The notes under the pieces: generated by a model
What the model was told of the DNA's origin: nothing
What the model saw: the letters and a program-made list of their open reading frames with translations, nothing else
Database searches by the model: none
Made by a program: the position numbers and the translations under genes
Part shown: in pieces, positions 19,742 to 27,139 of the stretch
How positions within the stretch are numbered: the stretch's first letter is position 1
Layout of the letters: every line of letters begins with the position of its first letter
IMG/VR virus record: IMGVR_UViG_3300033067_000422
Coordinates: 1-40,923 of that record
Strand: one strand, 5' to 3'
Origin: a virus
Lineage: Duplodnaviria > Caudoviricetes
DNA length: 40,923 bases

Positions 19742-20571
19742 TGCGTAGCAACGTAACCGGGCGCAAGGCGCAGTATTGGTTTGATAGCTTGTCGGAGCTT
19801 GGCCAGTACATCGTAGACACCAAGCCCACTTGGTCGATCAAGAGCAGCCGCAAGGTCGGTAGCAGCAAGTCATGGGACCTAGGCGCAAGCTATGATGATG
19901 CCGTGAACATGGCGCGCAATGGCTGGCTTGAAGGCGCAGCAAAGGCGCAGGAAGCTTTAAAGGCGTTCCAGCCTATGACACCCGCGCCCCTTACGCGTAA
20001 TGACTTCTACGGTCACATGGCGCATGTTCCCCGTTTCTGTGCTGGCGCGCCAGACAGCATGATCAGGCACACGCCACAGCCGCGCGAAGGGTACGGCAAA
20101 GTAATAACCTTGGTTGTGCCTGTGAACGCCACAGCGGACGTTAGCGCGCAAGCCATGGCCAACTTTGGCTTAGGTGTGGCGCAGTATATCAACCAACTTG
20201 AGAACGACCGGGTACGCGTCGAAGTGATCGGCGCAATCGTTAGTGTGGTATCCGGCTGGCGCGTCTCCCATTGCTGGAAAGTGAAGGGCGCAGATCAGCC
20301 GCTAGACTTGGCCGTATTGGCTTTCACGATTGGGCACCCTGCCATGTTCAGACGGCTTGGCTTCGCACTACGTGAACGTTGCGCAGCCCCGCAAGACTGG
20401 GATTACGGCCAGTCGAAGCGCGCCACTGTGGCGGACGTTATCAATTGCCCGCTTAACGCCTTTGTATTGAATGGCATGACGGAAGCGGACAGGCACGCTA
20501 AGACCCCGGAGAGCGCGCTAGAGTACATAAGCGGGGAGATTGACACGGCAACACAGGAGCAAGGCAAATGA
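19741..20571 (+). CDS. VWA-like partner of the AAA+ ATPase (degenerate MIDAS)
   Basis: TAATG coupling to the ATPase; VPRFCAGAPDSM...KVITLVVPVNATA...LENDRVRVEV...HPAMFRRLGF pattern resembles phage VWA-like proteins. Confidence 0.6.
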   Translation: MRSNVTGRKAQYWFDSLSELGQYIVDTKPTWSIKSSRKVGSSKSWDLGASYDDAVNMARNGWLEGAAKAQEALKAFQPMTPAPLTRNDFYGHMAHVPRFCAGAPDSMIRHTPQPREGYGKVITLVVPVNATADVSAQAMANFGLGVAQYINQLENDRVRVEVIGAIVSVVSGWRVSHCWKVKGADQPLDLAVLAFTIGHPAMFRRLGFALRERCAAPQDWDYGQSKRATVADVINCPLNAFVLNGMTEADRHAKTPESALEYISGEIDTATQEQGK

Positions 20572-20762
20572 ATACCAAGCAAACACAATGGGGCGTTTAC
20601 TACTGGTCGGAGTTCTACAAAGCTTGGGTCGGCTATGTGGCCCCGACTCGGAACGCTAAGTTCATCAAGTACAACGCCAAGCACGTTGCGGAAGGCAGGG
20701 CAGAACGGCTCAAGCACGATCACCCGCGCGATACCTTTAAAGTAATGGAGGTTATGCCATGA
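20568..20762 (+). CDS. Hypothetical protein (64 aa)
   Basis: ATGA overlaps at both ends; GGAG RBS. Confidence 0.65.
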   Translation: MNTKQTQWGVYYWSEFYKAWVGYVAPTRNAKFIKYNAKHVAEGRAERLKHDHPRDTFKVMEVMP

Positions 20763-20929
20763 AACAGTGCAAACACAATAGGTCAAACTCATGGTGGATG
20801 TATGACGCCAAGGGCATTGAAGTCGGGCGCGTATGCAGCAAGTGCGAGGCGCGCGTTAAGGTGCGCTATCGCCCGGAAGTAACTACCGACGCGAATTACG
20901 ATCACTGCGAAGAACTAGAGGAGGGTTGA
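20759..20929 (+). CDS. Small Cys-containing hypothetical protein (56 aa; not in ORF track)
   Basis: MKQCKH...WWMYDAKGIEVGRVCSKC...YRPEV...; GGAGG RBS and ATGA overlap. Confidence 0.7.
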   Translation: MKQCKHNRSNSWWMYDAKGIEVGRVCSKCEARVKVRYRPEVTTDANYDHCEELEEG

Positions 20930-20933
20930 CAAC

Positions 20934-21173
20934 ATGGGTTACTTTAAAGGGCGCAAGTACATAGTGTTGACGCAGAACGATAACGGCTCATTTGCGGTGG
21001 AACGGGGAGAGTTTGACAGCCCCGCCCCTGCTGGCACACTGGCCGGGGAACTGCACGCCATGGGTGAAGCGTACGTTATAGAAGAACGCGATTGGATTAT
21101 GCGCAAGTACATAATCGAGAAGAGGCGCGCTAAAGTAACGCGTTCGGCAAGCCATAAAAGGAAGATGAAATGA
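20934..21173 (+). CDS. Hypothetical protein (79 aa)
   Basis: GAGGAGGG RBS; tight packing with neighbours. Confidence 0.65.
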   Translation: MGYFKGRKYIVLTQNDNGSFAVERGEFDSPAPAGTLAGELHAMGEAYVIEERDWIMRKYIIEKRRAKVTRSASHKRKMK

Positions 21174-21307
21174 GAGCTACTTTAAAGCAACTCGCCCAGT
21201 TCTGTGTGGTGTACGACTGCACGGCGGAGATAGACGGAGACAAGATGATCGCGCGCGTTAGCTGCGCAATTACTGGCCAATGCATAGGTGCTATATGGCT
21301 CAAGTAG
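21170..21307 (+). CDS. Hypothetical protein (45 aa; not in ORF track)
   Basis: MRATLKQLAQFCVVYDCTAEIDGDK...; ATGA overlap, AAGGA RBS. Confidence 0.55.
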   Translation: MRATLKQLAQFCVVYDCTAEIDGDKMIARVSCAITGQCIGAIWLK

Positions 21308-21318
21308 GAACTAGGCCC

Positions 21319-21447
21319 ATGCTAGCAGAAGAGGCGCATTATATGGGGGAGCCTTGCTGGCATGCTGTGCAGTACTACGAACGCTTGCGAAGCCAACGGC
21401 TGCTGCGCCAAATATACAATCCTCGCAGGCCACGGTTGCCCCTGTGA
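21319..21447 (+). CDS. Possible hypothetical protein (42 aa; not in ORF track)
   Basis: MLAEEAHYMGEPCWHAVQYYERLRSQ...; AGGA upstream; fills the gap. Confidence 0.35.
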   Translation: MLAEEAHYMGEPCWHAVQYYERLRSQRLLRQIYNPRRPRLPL

Positions 21448-21488
21448 GATAAGTACTTTAAAGCAACCACAACAAAGGGAATACGGCA

Positions 21489-21830
21489 ATGGATACTAAG
21501 GAAAGAGAAGCATTTGTACGCGGTTTCGTCGAAGCCGGTATGCGGCGAGCGGATATAAGCACGATACTCGATATGACTGCTAAAGTGGGTGATGAATTAG
21601 AACGCTTGATACTGAACGCAACAAAGGCGCTTGGCTGCGTAATGGGTCCCGACGCGCAGAGTAGCGGCGCGGTGTTCATTGCGCAGTACTTAGCGGCTAA
21701 GCTGGAGCTAAGCACCAGTGCGGTTATACAGCACATGGCGTCAATAGGCGAAGTCCGTGTATGCCGAGGCCTGGGCTACGACGACTCCAACAAATACGAC
21801 GACTCCAATAGTAGCTTTAAAGGGCACTGA
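21489..21830 (+). CDS. Hypothetical protein (113 aa)
   Basis: AAAGGGA RBS; C-terminal YDDSN duplication. Confidence 0.65.
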   Translation: MDTKEREAFVRGFVEAGMRRADISTILDMTAKVGDELERLILNATKALGCVMGPDAQSSGAVFIAQYLAAKLELSTSAVIQHMASIGEVRVCRGLGYDDSNKYDDSNSSFKGH

Positions 21831-22048
21831 TGTACAGCCCCTGCATCGGTTGTCGGCGCAGCGAGTGCCGGGACGGGACGAGGCGCACAGATTGCCTTGC
21901 CCCGTACCCGCGCTTGCGCGCTATCAGTAACAGCCCTAATGGGTTCAAGTACGTAGTCAGTACTATAGGTTGGTCTGAATACGAAGTGGCTTTCTATAAT
22001 AGGCAAGTAGAAGATATACACCACCCCCGCCTACCCGATATACTTTAA
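21830..22048 (+). CDS. Hypothetical protein (72 aa, Cys-rich N-terminus)
   Basis: TGATG coupling; the stop TAA lies inside a CTTTAAAG copy. Confidence 0.5.
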   Translation: MYSPCIGCRRSECRDGTRRTDCLAPYPRLRAISNSPNGFKYVVSTIGWSEYEVAFYNRQVEDIHHPRLPDIL

Positions 22049-22061
22049 AGGAGTTGTAGCC

Positions 22062-22394
22062 ATGACACCTGACGAACGTATAAAAGAAGCTGTGATAGAC
22101 GCGGTAAACGAAGTTGACGTAATGGTACGGCTGCAAGCCGTGCGCCCTGTTACAAGCGTTGTGCTTAAGGATATGGTGTCGCTTGCAGTAACCCGCGCAA
22201 TGCGCATTGTGCTTGAAGAGGTAGCACCGAAGCCCCCGCCTATAACGCCCGATGACCTCCCGCCCCTGTCCTACGGGTGCCCTTTAAAGTCGTCAGTTTG
22301 GGGATCAGACGAATACAAGTGCCCTGATTGCGGTATGCAGTGGGCACTTGATGAAGACCGCCCCGCCTGCCCCAATAAACTAAGGGTAAAGTAA
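22062..22394 (+). CDS. Hypothetical protein with C-terminal Zn-ribbon (110 aa)
   Basis: AAGGAG RBS; C...CPDCG...C. Confidence 0.7.
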   Translation: MTPDERIKEAVIDAVNEVDVMVRLQAVRPVTSVVLKDMVSLAVTRAMRIVLEEVAPKPPPITPDDLPPLSYGCPLKSSVWGSDEYKCPDCGMQWALDEDRPACPNKLRVK

Positions 22395-22456
22395 TGGGCA
22401 TACTCGCAGTGTTACTTATCCTATTGGCCTTCGCCTACATCATAGGCGATATGTAA
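22394..22456 (+). CDS. Possible 20-aa membrane peptide
   Basis: MGILAVLLILLAFAYIIGDM; TAATG coupling, AAGGG RBS. Confidence 0.4.
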   Translation: MGILAVLLILLAFAYIIGDM

Positions 22457-22469
22457 GGAGTACTTTAAA

Positions 22470-22892
22470 GTGACCCCACTATTAACCGCCGATGATATCG
22501 TGCAAAGCTTCAACATAGCAGTAGAGCGCAAGTACTGGAAGGCCCGCTTAGGCAGTGCTGCCAAGGTGCCAACTGTGCATTTTAATAGCGTCTCAAGTAT
22601 GGTGCAGCTTGTGTACTACCCGGAGAACCAGCGCTTCGCGATCACCTTTAGCAAGGTATCGTGTGCGTTTGGGGATTTCATGGCCAGCACATACAGCGCC
22701 CTGTCGCAGATACTAACCGCGCTTAAGGCATGCGGGCATGAGGTCGCCGCGCCCCTTGACGACCTCGACGGCTGGCTGCGCATCGAATTTTGCGCCGCTA
22801 CCAAGCAAGCCTATGTGAGCTTGGCCAAGCTGGATGACGACTGGCTTGAGTACTCGGAGCCTACCTTTAAAGAGCCTCAAATAATTTTATAG
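22470..22892 (+). CDS. Hypothetical protein (140 aa)
   Basis: AAGGAG RBS; the GTG start overlaps a CTTTAAAG copy. Confidence 0.65.
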   Translation: MTPLLTADDIVQSFNIAVERKYWKARLGSAAKVPTVHFNSVSSMVQLVYYPENQRFAITFSKVSCAFGDFMASTYSALSQILTALKACGHEVAAPLDDLDGWLRIEFCAATKQAYVSLAKLDDDWLEYSEPTFKEPQIIL

Positions 22893-22908
22893 TGTTTGCA
22901 TTTTGGGG

Positions 22909-22937
22909 TTGACGTACTGAAACGCCGCCCCCATAAA
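22909..22937 (+). promoter_or_regulatory. Sigma70-type promoter TTGACG-N17-CATAAA
   Basis: Exact 17-bp spacer, T-rich upstream element, about 45 bp before the ATG at 22984. Confidence 0.65.
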
Positions 22938-22983
22938 GGCCAAGTCAATACGACACAAGACAACCACGGAAAAGGAATTGCAC

Positions 22984-23661
22984 ATGACCGAAGTTACTAC
23001 CGAAGCTCCCGCCGTGGCCGTTGCTGACACTGTTTTGGTGTTCGAGCTTCCCGGCATTACTGGCCAGCACTCGTTCGATTGCGCAACGATTCCGGCCAAC
23101 GTCCGCCTCGACTTCCTCAAGGACAAGGTGCGCGGGTACTTCCAGAACCGGGTGAACGCCACCGCCATGCGGCACGCCAAGGATGCTACCGTCGCGGCTT
23201 GGCACGCATACGACGAAGCCAGCAAGGCTGATCCGCTGCAAACCGCAGTCCCCAAGCCGGAAGGCGAACGCCCAGCCGCCGCCGATCTGGCAGGTACTCT
23301 CTCCAAGGCCATGACTGATCTGGTCGCTGGCAACGTCCGCAAAATGGGCACTGGCGAGAAGAAGCCCCGCGAGCGTGCCGACCCGCTTATCAAGGCGGTT
23401 ACTAGCGCAGTTGTGCGCGAAGTATTCGAGAGCGGCAAGGCGGCTAACCCGAAGTTCACGTACTTGGAAGCTTCCAAGCAGGTGGGCAAGGATGGCGTGG
23501 CGTACCTCAATGCCATGATCGAGAAGCGCGTTGCCGAAGGTGTGGATCGTACCGCACTGGAAAAAATGCGCGACACGAAGTACATCAATCCGGCCAAGAT
23601 TATGCTTGGCCAGACAGTTGGTAAGGCGATCAGCGAGTTGCCTTCCATCCTTGGCCTGTAA
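22984..23661 (+). CDS. Probably abundant helical protein of unknown function (candidate DNA-binding protein)
   Basis: 225 aa with AAGGA RBS, its own promoter and terminator; C/G-ending codon bias like the capsid gene; basic patch RKMGTGEKKPRER. Confidence 0.8.
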   Translation: MTEVTTEAPAVAVADTVLVFELPGITGQHSFDCATIPANVRLDFLKDKVRGYFQNRVNATAMRHAKDATVAAWHAYDEASKADPLQTAVPKPEGERPAAADLAGTLSKAMTDLVAGNVRKMGTGEKKPRERADPLIKAVTSAVVREVFESGKAANPKFTYLEASKQVGKDGVAYLNAMIEKRVAEGVDRTALEKMRDTKYINPAKIMLGQTVGKAISELPSILGL

Positions 23662-23690
23662 CACCCCTCCCCTTATAGGCTAAGGCGACG

Positions 23691-23730
23691 AAGGGCCAAG
23701 TACTTTAAAGGTACTTGGCCCTTTTGTTGT
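23691..23730 (+). terminator. Intrinsic terminator
   Basis: 13-bp stem AAGGGCCAAGTAC/GTACTTGGCCCTT, loop TTTAAAG, followed by a T-rich tail. Confidence 0.8.
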
Positions 23731-23760
23731 ATGCAGGGGACGTATTTGGAGTTTGTAGCT

Positions 23761-23904
23761 ATGGCGCACTATAAACCAAAGAATACCTTTAAAGGCAATC
23801 ACGCTAAGCCCTGCCTCACGCATGACTGTGGCCAGTACACGAAAGACCCGACCGGCCACTGCCACAAGCACAGAGAGCGGAAGGCACGCCAGCGCCACCG
23901 ATAG
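23761..23904 (+). CDS. Small basic CCCH Zn-knuckle-like protein (47 aa; not in ORF track)
   Basis: MAHYKPKNTFKGNHAKPCLTHDCGQYTKDPTGHCHKHRERKARQRHR; GGAG RBS. Confidence 0.55.
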   Translation: MAHYKPKNTFKGNHAKPCLTHDCGQYTKDPTGHCHKHRERKARQRHR

Positions 23905-23907
23905 GGG

Positions 23908-23936
23908 TTGACAGGTCCCGGCCCGCCCGCCATAGG
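23908..23936 (+). promoter_or_regulatory. Sigma70-type promoter TTGACA-N17-CATAGG
   Basis: Perfect -35 element and 17-bp spacer. Confidence 0.55.
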
Positions 23937-23941
23937 GGGCC

Positions 23942-24013
23942 TGCCTGTTCCATTGCCGTGGAGCATCAACCCCGGAAGGGCGGTAGGTCACAAGCCTGCC
24001 GCCCTTCTTCGTT
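23942..24013 (+). ncRNA. Candidate ~70-nt small RNA (two hairpins)
   Basis: Lies between the 23908 promoter and a 14-bp terminator-like stem (23975-24007). 5' stem TGTTCCA/TGGAGCA; no RBS-ORF inside. Confidence 0.4.
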
Positions 24014-24059
24014 GCTGTAGGCCCCGTTTCTGGCCGCTGTGGACAGGATTAGAAGGCGC

Positions 24060-24089
24060 TTGACAGCCTCCTCCCATGGGGGCTAAGCA
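24060..24089 (+). promoter_or_regulatory. Sigma70-type promoter for the replication operon (TTGACA...GCTAAGCA)
   Basis: Perfect -35, 17-18 bp to the -10-like element, upstream of the primase-helicase. Confidence 0.55.
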
Positions 24090-24142
24090 ATCCCCGGCAC
24101 GCTGGCCTCTGGCTAGTGATTTAGGGTTGATGGCGGGGGCTA

Positions 24143-26317
24143 GTGCAGCAGCACGATTACACCGAGATAGAGCAAGCGCTGGCTGCATTTATGCGGCCCG
24201 GTGATGTGTTTGAGGTGCGCCTGATACACTCGGGACGCAAGCGGATCGACGCCGGATACTTTGACCACCCCGCGCACGCTGCAACCGCTATCTGTGGCCT
24301 GCAAGAGAGCTACCAAGGCATATACTTCACGCCAAACCCGGTAGCGCCCGACTTGGCCGCGCGTGCGTACAACCGTATAAACCCTTGGGCGCAGCTAACC
24401 ACACAAGACCCGGATATACTAGAGCGCCGCTGGCTGCTTATCGACATTGACCCGATACGCCCGACCGGAATTAGCTCGACAGACGCCGAACTAGACAACG
24501 CCTTTAAAGTAGCTCGCAGGTTGAGCAACATGCTTGAGCTTGAAGGCTGGCCGCGTCCCCTTATCGGCGCTTCCGGTAATGGATGCCACCTAGAGTACGC
24601 GATACAAGAGCCGAACACCGAGTTTGTACGCGATGAAATATCTAAGTTACTCAAGTGCCTAAACGCACGCTTTAAAGGTGATGGCTGTGAGATAGACACA
24701 ACCGTGTTTAACGCCGCCCGCATTTGGCGCATACCCGGCACATGGGCACGCAAGGGCGACAGTACAGCGACAAGACCGCATCGCAAGTCGCATGTGATAA
24801 GCAAGCCAGACGAGCTAGTACCCGTGCTCATAGGCACGATAGCCAAGTTTAATGCCAAGTACGAGAGCATGTTGCCAGCGCCTGCCAAAGCCGGTGCCGC
24901 TAAGAACAAAGCCGAGTACCCGGACGACGAGCGCAAGTACCGTGGCCTAAACGAACAAGCCATGAACCGGCTTAAGGAATGGGTGCCAATCCTGTTCCCC
25001 GCCGCCCGTGAGTACAAACAAGGCTATAGAGTATCAAGTGACGAACTAGGATTGTCATTTGAGGAAGACCTTACGATACATCCTTGGCCACTTGGCATTA
25101 AGTACTTTGGTATAGCCGATCAAGGGGATTATACGGAAGGGCGCAGGACCCCGGTAGCACTGGTAGCTGAACTTCTATACAACGGCGACAAGGAGCTAGC
25201 TGCCCGCAAATTGTCGGATATACTTAAGGCACCGTTAACCGAGTTCGATGCCCTGCCCCCTCCGGTACAAGCTTTAAAGCTACCCGGTGCCGAGCCTGCC
25301 CAAGCACTCTACGATTTCAGCCGAGTACCTAGCATAGCCGATCTACAGAAACGTACGTTTAAGCCGATCAAGTGGGTAATACCAGATGTACTACCTGTAG
25401 GCGCGATATTGCTAGCAGCCCGCCCTAAAATGCGCAAAACCTTCCTCGCATTGCAACTCTCTATAGCGATAACAGCAGGGCGCAAGTTCCTTAATTGGCA
25501 ATGCGAGCAAGGCGACGTATTGTTTTTGGGCCTAGAGGACAACGAGAGGCGGCTACGCTCCCGTATCAAGCTTCTACAGAGCCTCGATCTTAACCCGCCC
25601 GATTTATCAGGCTTCCGCTACTGGACAGGTGGCGTTGATATCAACCCGGCAGGGCAACAGTTCATAAGCAACCCGGAAGAGGCGGCGCGTACGCTGGCTG
25701 CATTTCCCAAAGGCCAAGCCGGGGTAGATGCTTTAAATACATACATGGATATGTACCCTAAGACACGAATGATTGTAGTTGATACGCTAGCCCGTTGGCG
25801 CGATACGTCTACTAACCGAGACATATACCAGCGCGACTACGATCAGATGATGCCGCTGACACAGTTTGCCAATGACAGGCAAGTATTAGTTTTAGTAGTA
25901 CACCACGAAAAGAAGGGGTTGGCCAGTGCAGACACAGGTGATTTCATGGAGGACGTATCCGGCTCAAGCGGGATTACAGGTGCGGTTGACGGCGTTATGT
26001 CCATCAAGGGTAAGCGCGGTACTACCGACGAAAATGAGGCACGCAAGTTGCTGCTATCGGGCCGGGATATCCCCCGCGATTTTGACGTTGATATAGCATT
26101 TGACGCACAACGGGGCGGCTGGCTTACTGCCGCGCGTCAAGATGTACAGGAAGCAATTAAAGCGCTTCTTGGTCATCACCCGTACCTGAACCAGCAGGAG
26201 CTAGCTGCCCTGCTCCCCAACACTTCACGGTCGAGGATTTCCCAAGTACTTACTCAACTCAAGTTTGACGGGTTGGTAGTACAGAATAGATTTGGGTACT
26301 CGCTGGCGAAGATATAA
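24143..26317 (+). CDS. Primase-helicase: N-terminal AEP-like primase plus RepA-like (AAA_25) helicase and C-terminal wHTH
   Basis: LIDID, SGNGCH and RIWRIPGT primase motifs; ARPKMRKT Walker A variant, LGLED, IVVDTL Walker B, VHHEKK and SGSSGITGAVD. Confidence 0.85.
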   Translation: MQQHDYTEIEQALAAFMRPGDVFEVRLIHSGRKRIDAGYFDHPAHAATAICGLQESYQGIYFTPNPVAPDLAARAYNRINPWAQLTTQDPDILERRWLLIDIDPIRPTGISSTDAELDNAFKVARRLSNMLELEGWPRPLIGASGNGCHLEYAIQEPNTEFVRDEISKLLKCLNARFKGDGCEIDTTVFNAARIWRIPGTWARKGDSTATRPHRKSHVISKPDELVPVLIGTIAKFNAKYESMLPAPAKAGAAKNKAEYPDDERKYRGLNEQAMNRLKEWVPILFPAAREYKQGYRVSSDELGLSFEEDLTIHPWPLGIKYFGIADQGDYTEGRRTPVALVAELLYNGDKELAARKLSDILKAPLTEFDALPPPVQALKLPGAEPAQALYDFSRVPSIADLQKRTFKPIKWVIPDVLPVGAILLAARPKMRKTFLALQLSIAITAGRKFLNWQCEQGDVLFLGLEDNERRLRSRIKLLQSLDLNPPDLSGFRYWTGGVDINPAGQQFISNPEEAARTLAAFPKGQAGVDALNTYMDMYPKTRMIVVDTLARWRDTSTNRDIYQRDYDQMMPLTQFANDRQVLVLVVHHEKKGLASADTGDFMEDVSGSSGITGAVDGVMSIKGKRGTTDENEARKLLLSGRDIPRDFDVDIAFDAQRGGWLTAARQDVQEAIKALLGHHPYLNQQELAALLPNTSRSRISQVLTQLKFDGLVVQNRFGYSLAKI

Positions 26318-26339
26318 CCACAACCACGGAGTAAATATA

Positions 26340-26711
26340 ATGACTGGTATTCTTGAAACTATGAAGGCGCAGCTTGACGGCGCGCTCGCCGATATTGCAG
26401 CGATCAAGGCGGCTATGGCTGGCGCTACGCCTGCCCCCGCACCGGCTGCGGACCCGTTCGGCGGCTTTGGCGCTACCCCGGCTCCTACCCTTGCACCGGC
26501 GAACGTCACGGCGGAAATGATTACCGGGCTTATCATGCCGCATACTGACAACGAAGCTATCAAGGCGCAGTTGTCGGCGCACATGAAGGCAATGGGGATC
26601 AATGCGCTGGGCGAGACGCAGCCGCACCAGTACGGCGAGTTGTACCAGCGCTTCCAGAGCGTAATTGCCGCTGCGGCACCCGCCGCCGCTGCCCCGCTGT
26701 CTATCATTTGA
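26340..26711 (+). CDS. Hypothetical Ala/Pro-rich protein upstream of the DUF2800/DUF2815 cluster
   Basis: GGAG RBS before ATG 26340; C/G-ending codons. Confidence 0.75.
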   Translation: MTGILETMKAQLDGALADIAAIKAAMAGATPAPAPAADPFGGFGATPAPTLAPANVTAEMITGLIMPHTDNEAIKAQLSAHMKAMGINALGETQPHQYGELYQRFQSVIAAAAPAAAAPLSII

Positions 26712-26801
26712 TAGGTTTGCCCTAGAGCCGGGGTCTAGTACGTGAATAGGCGAGTTTAAAGACGTACTACCGCCACTAGCACTAGAACAGGAGTACTTTA
26801 A

Positions 26802-27134
26802 ATGAATTTTTCAGACGCTCTAGCTGCCCTTAAAAACGGCAGCACCCTCGCACGCGAAGGCTGGAACGCCAAAAACCAGTATATTTATCTGGTCCCGGCT
26901 GGACGCTATAAGGTCAGCACCCCTACTGGCGCAGCGATTGCCGAGAAACAGGACGATAACCTTGTCCCCTATCAGGCGTACGTTGCAATTAAGACCGTAC
27001 AGGGTACTGTAGTACCTTGGTTCGTTTTCCAGTCAGACCTTCTGGCAAAAGACTGGATTGAATACACGCTAGGCGATCCAGTCGAAGGCTTCGAGGAAGA
27101 AGAAGCTCCCGAACCCGCCACGGACGCGGAGTAA
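26802..27134 (+). CDS. DUF2829 / Tad2-like (Thoeris anti-defence sponge family) protein
   Basis: MNFSDALAALKNG...AREGWN...YIYL...YVAIKT...VPW...QSDLLAKDW family signature. Confidence 0.8.
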   Translation: MNFSDALAALKNGSTLAREGWNAKNQYIYLVPAGRYKVSTPTGAAIAEKQDDNLVPYQAYVAIKTVQGTVVPWFVFQSDLLAKDWIEYTLGDPVEGFEEEEAPEPATDAE

Positions 27135-27139
27135 GTACC

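Noticed and set aside
26735-26770. Inverted repeat TAGTACGT...ACGTACTA in the gap before the Tad2-like gene
   Set aside because: Only an 8-bp stem with a long loop in a GTAC-rich genome and no U-tract; too weak to call.
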